From positions 1 to 64,000 of the forward strand of contig CAUYUJ010000105.1 of NCBI GenBank assembly GCA_963575745.1: a stretch of 64,000 bases of DNA. The letters are read 5' to 3'. Position 1 is the stretch's first letter. Each line of letters begins with the position of its first letter. Shown here piece by piece: positions 60,731 to 64,000 of the stretch. Origin of the DNA: Prorocentrum cordatum (taxonomy: Eukaryota). The notes below the pieces were generated by a model. It was given only the letters and a program-made list of their open reading frames with translations, did no database searches and was not told where the DNA came from. The translations under genes and the position numbers were made by a program.

Positions 60731-61991
60731 GCGGCATCTGCAGTGGCTCGCTTTCTTCTCTTATCATTACCATCGAGAATCTCACCATCGCAATCTCACC
60801 GTCGAGAATCTCACCATCGAGAATTTCATCCTTCTTCAGTTGCTGCGAGCCTGTTCGCATTAGAGCACTTCACGTCTTGCGTTGGAGACGCCCCTGTTTA
60901 GCCAGCGCCCAGCGGAGTTCCGCTCGAGACGGCAACGCTCGAGCTTTGCGCGGCTTTGCAGGAGACAGAGGCTGCGCGAGATCCCTTGCCATCCATTCCT
61001 GCTCCTTTTCTTCCTCCTCCTCTTCCTCCTCCTCCTCCCCCTCCTCCTCTTCCTATAGCGGCCAGTCCGCTTGCATACGCTTGCAATGTTGCTTCGGCGG
61101 CCTGGCCGCTTGCGTGAGTTTGCCAGATTTGCTTGTTATAGCGGTCTGTCCGCGTTCATTCTTTTCCGCTTTCACCTCCTCCTCCTCCTCCTCCTTCCTC
61201 GCCCCCCTCCTCCTCCTCCTCCTCCTCCTTCTCCTCCTCCTCCTCCTCCTCCTCCTCTGCCCCCTCCCCCCCTTCCTCCTCGGCGCCCCTCTTGGGGCCT
61301 CGGCGCCCCCTTGGTGCTGGCGCCCCTGGGCCTCGGCGCCCCCAAATCCGAAGCTCCGAAGCTCCTGCACATTCCTCTTCCTCCTCCTGCCTCCTCTTCC
61401 TCCCCTTCTCCACCTCCTAACCCCTCCTCCGCTACCCTCTGCCCCTCCTCCTCCCCTCCTCCCTCCCCCCCATCTCCCTCTCCTCCTCCTACCTCTCCTC
61501 CCTCTATCATATTTCCCCTCCTCCGCCTCCCCCTCCTCCTCCCCCCCTCCCCCCCCTCCCTCGCCCCCCCCTCCCACCTCTTCCTCGTCTTCCCCCCTCC
61601 CCCCCCCTCCTCTATCCTCCTGCCGCTCCCCCCCCCCCCCCCCCCCCCCCCTCCCCCCCGCCCCCCTTCCCTTCCATTGGCAGCATGCTGTATGTTAGCT
61701 TGACGTTGTCTGGGCGTTGTTTTCATATTGCTTTTTGCTGTTTATTGTTGTTTTACGTCGTCTTTATGTTGCTGTTTTGTTGTTTTGTGCGTTCTTGTAG
61801 GGCGGAGCCAGACAACATCGACAACACTAAAACAAAAAAAAAAAAAAAAAAAAAAAAAATGGTGTGCGTTGTTGTTTTTTGTGTTGTTGTATGGTGTGTG
61901 TGGTGTTGTTTGTTGGCGTTTGCTTTTGTTTTTGTTGTTTTTGGTGTTCCTCTCTGTCTCTCTCTCTCTCCTCTCTCTCTCTTCCTCTCTC

Positions 61992-62083
<92 letters not shown>

Positions 62084-62519
62084 CTGACTACTATTACCCC
62101 CCCCCCCGCCCTCCGTCACCTCCCTCATCAGTTTCCGACCCCCTCCTCAGCGGGCCAACCGCTTTGCGCTCGCTTCCCGCCTGCCTCCCCATTTTGCTCC
62201 TCAGCGGCCCAACCGCTTTGCGTGGGAGGATGAGGAGGGGGGGGGAGGAGCAGGAGGAGGAGGAGGAGGAGGAGGACGGACGGAATAACTATTTCGTCGC
62301 AGCCGTTTTTGGCTTCAACTTTTTTTGAATTCGCCCAACCGAATTCGAGAATTCGTTAAATGGCTGCCCGGGGTGCTCGCTGCGCCACGCGCGGCGCCCT
62401 CGGCCCCGCAGCCAACATGAACGCGCGGCACTTCGCGCAGGACGTTTCCTGGTGGCATCGCTGCTGCCTGCAGTGCGTTCGGAATTGCCGAGCGAGCTTC
62501 GGTGATGAGCATCGCTTAA

Positions 62520-62678
62520 CCGAACCCTATCCCCATCTCGGTGGCCTTTTCTCCACTAGGGGATTTACCCCCCGACATGGGGATATAGGCGGAATGCCTG
62601 GGGTTTCGGGGTGTATATCCCCATGTCGGGGGCGGCGGGAGGGGGCGGGCTGGTGGGGGGCTACATGGGGTTGTTAGG
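62520..62678. mobile_element. 159-bp TTAA-flanked MITE (piggyBac-like)
   Basis: TTAA at 62516-62519 and 62679-62682; CC...GG ends with imperfect TIR; perfect internal 19-bp inverted repeat at 62569-62587 / 62614-62632. Confidence 0.75.
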
Positions 62679-63284
62679 TTAATCGATACTGAGGCGAGGC
62701 GCTACTCACCGTCGACGCGGACACGGCCACGAAGCTCGTCGACGAGCGCCCGGCGATCGCGGCTCAGGCGCGCGCTGCCCAGGACGGCGAGAGAGACAGG
62801 CACGCCAACCAGCGGCGACGGCTTCACTGAGCGAATCCGCGCGCCGCGCGTTTCGAATCGGGAGCCGTGCTCCCCGCCTGCACCCGCAGAGAAAAAGCGT
62901 CGCGGAGGGCGACGCCTCCCGTCGAGGAGGCGCCGCGCGCAGTTCCTCCCCCCCCTCCCCTTCCGCGTTCTCCTCAGCGGCGCAACCGCTTTGCTTTGCA
63001 TGGCCCCTGAGGGGGGGGGGAAGAGCGGCCGAAACCAGACAGATCAGTGATCTATATGTTTTGGGCCCTCCTCCACCTCTTCCTCCTCGCCCCCCCCCTC
63101 CCCCCCCTCCTCCTTCTCCTCCTCCTCAGCGGGCCCAGCCGCTTTGCCTTGCAGTTTTCGCATGCATTTCCTCTTCCCCCTCCTCCTCCTCCTCGTCCTC
63201 CCCCGCCCCCCCCCCCTCCTCAGCGGTCTACCCGCTTTGCTCTGCAAATTCAGCGGCGCGGTCGCTTCCCGCGTTCGCGCTTCC

Positions 63285-64000
63285 CGTTCGCAGCCACTTG
63301 AAGGGCTTCCCGAGGCGACTGCCTTCGTCGGAAGTTCTCCCGCGCGCGCCGTGGCGCCCAAGCGCGTGGCGAAGAAGCGGCGTCAAGGAAAGGTTGCTTC
63401 GCTGCCTCGTGACGATGACGGCGATCATGCCGCTTCTTTTCCCATGCCCTCACATCATCTCTCCATCCAGGCGCAGCGGCGTGACCGCTTGGCACCCGGC
63501 CCCCCTCCCCCGCACCTCTTCAGGCGACGCTGCTGATGCTGCAGACGCAGCACAGGTCATCGCCAACGCGATGATGACGACCTTGCCCAGCTTCTCCGAC
63601 GACAGCCCTGCTCCCATGGCGCCAGTGGCAGCTCAGAACGTGCTGCAGTCGCTCTTCCAGCGCCAGGCCGCGGCAGGCAGCCAGGATGCGCCAACCGAAA
63701 AGGCGGGGGACGCTGTCGCAGGCAGCCTTCAGCCAGCAGCAGGCGAGCCTGTCGGCGAACCCACCGACGCGCCCGTCGCCCGCGCCCCCGAGGTCGCGCC
63801 AGCAGAATCCCCGAGCGACGCCCGCCCGCCCTGTCCGCCCCAGCCCGAGGCAACCAAGGAGGCGACAAAGCCTGGCAAAGAGGCAGCAAGGGACACCCTG
63901 CCTGACAAAGAGGCAACAAAGGAAGAGACTGAAGAGGAGGCGGGCGAGGAGGCTGAAGATGAGGACGTGTCAGTGGAGCAGCTGTCGGACGACGACAAGA
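63285..64000 (+). CDS. Gene 4 (partial): basic then acidic low-complexity protein; putative GC-AG intron 63421-63523
   Basis: ..PKRVAKKRRQGKVASLPRDDDG joins in frame to DAADAADAAQVIANAMM...EDEDVSVEQLSDDDK, open to the window end. Start codon not identified. Confidence 0.45.

Larger units (their letters stand above)
54106..64000 (+). mobile_element. Candidate large multi-gene mobile element (right end outside the window)
   Basis: Abrupt start (CACTT...) after a satellite, an AT-rich leader with repeated TTTCACTAT, four co-oriented genes, and AGCGG-N5-CCGCT clusters that I saw only in this block. No transposase or integrase seen. Confidence 0.5.

Noticed and set aside
62297..62319. Possible plus-strand SL relic TCGCAGCCGTTTTTGGCTTCAAC
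   Set aside because: It needs several mismatches and indels, and no clear ORF follows. Shorter matches at ~4276, ~20660 and ~55300 were dropped for the same reason.

Overview
GC-rich, repeat-saturated eukaryotic genomic DNA, almost certainly from a dinoflagellate: it has two genomic copies of the dinoflagellate spliced leader (DinoSL), GC-AG/AG|G-type splice junctions and dinoflagellate-type LINEs. Most long ORFs in the supplied track are microsatellite artefacts. The real content is: (1) an SL-headed, intronless, decayed retrocopy of a multipass membrane-protein mRNA (4.5-7.7 kb, -); (2) a 5'-truncated LINE with an exact 13-bp target-site duplication, encoding RT, C2H2 zinc fingers and a C-terminal cytosine-methyltransferase-like domain with altered catalytic residues (10.1-13.6 kb, +); (3) a full-length SL-headed LINE (ORF1-APE-RT-RNase H-Zn knuckle; 24.1-34.1 kb, -) split by a nested RTE-like LINE and a tandem-array element; (4) an isolated last exon of ribosomal protein eS1/RPS3A (43.75-43.93 kb, -); (5) from about 54.1 kb to the window end, at least four co-oriented unknown genes punctuated by more than 25 copies of the palindrome AGCGG-N5-CCGCT, a candidate large multi-gene mobile element. 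The rest is satellites, MITE-like foldbacks and simple repeats. All protein-family calls come from motif recognition by eye, not database searches.
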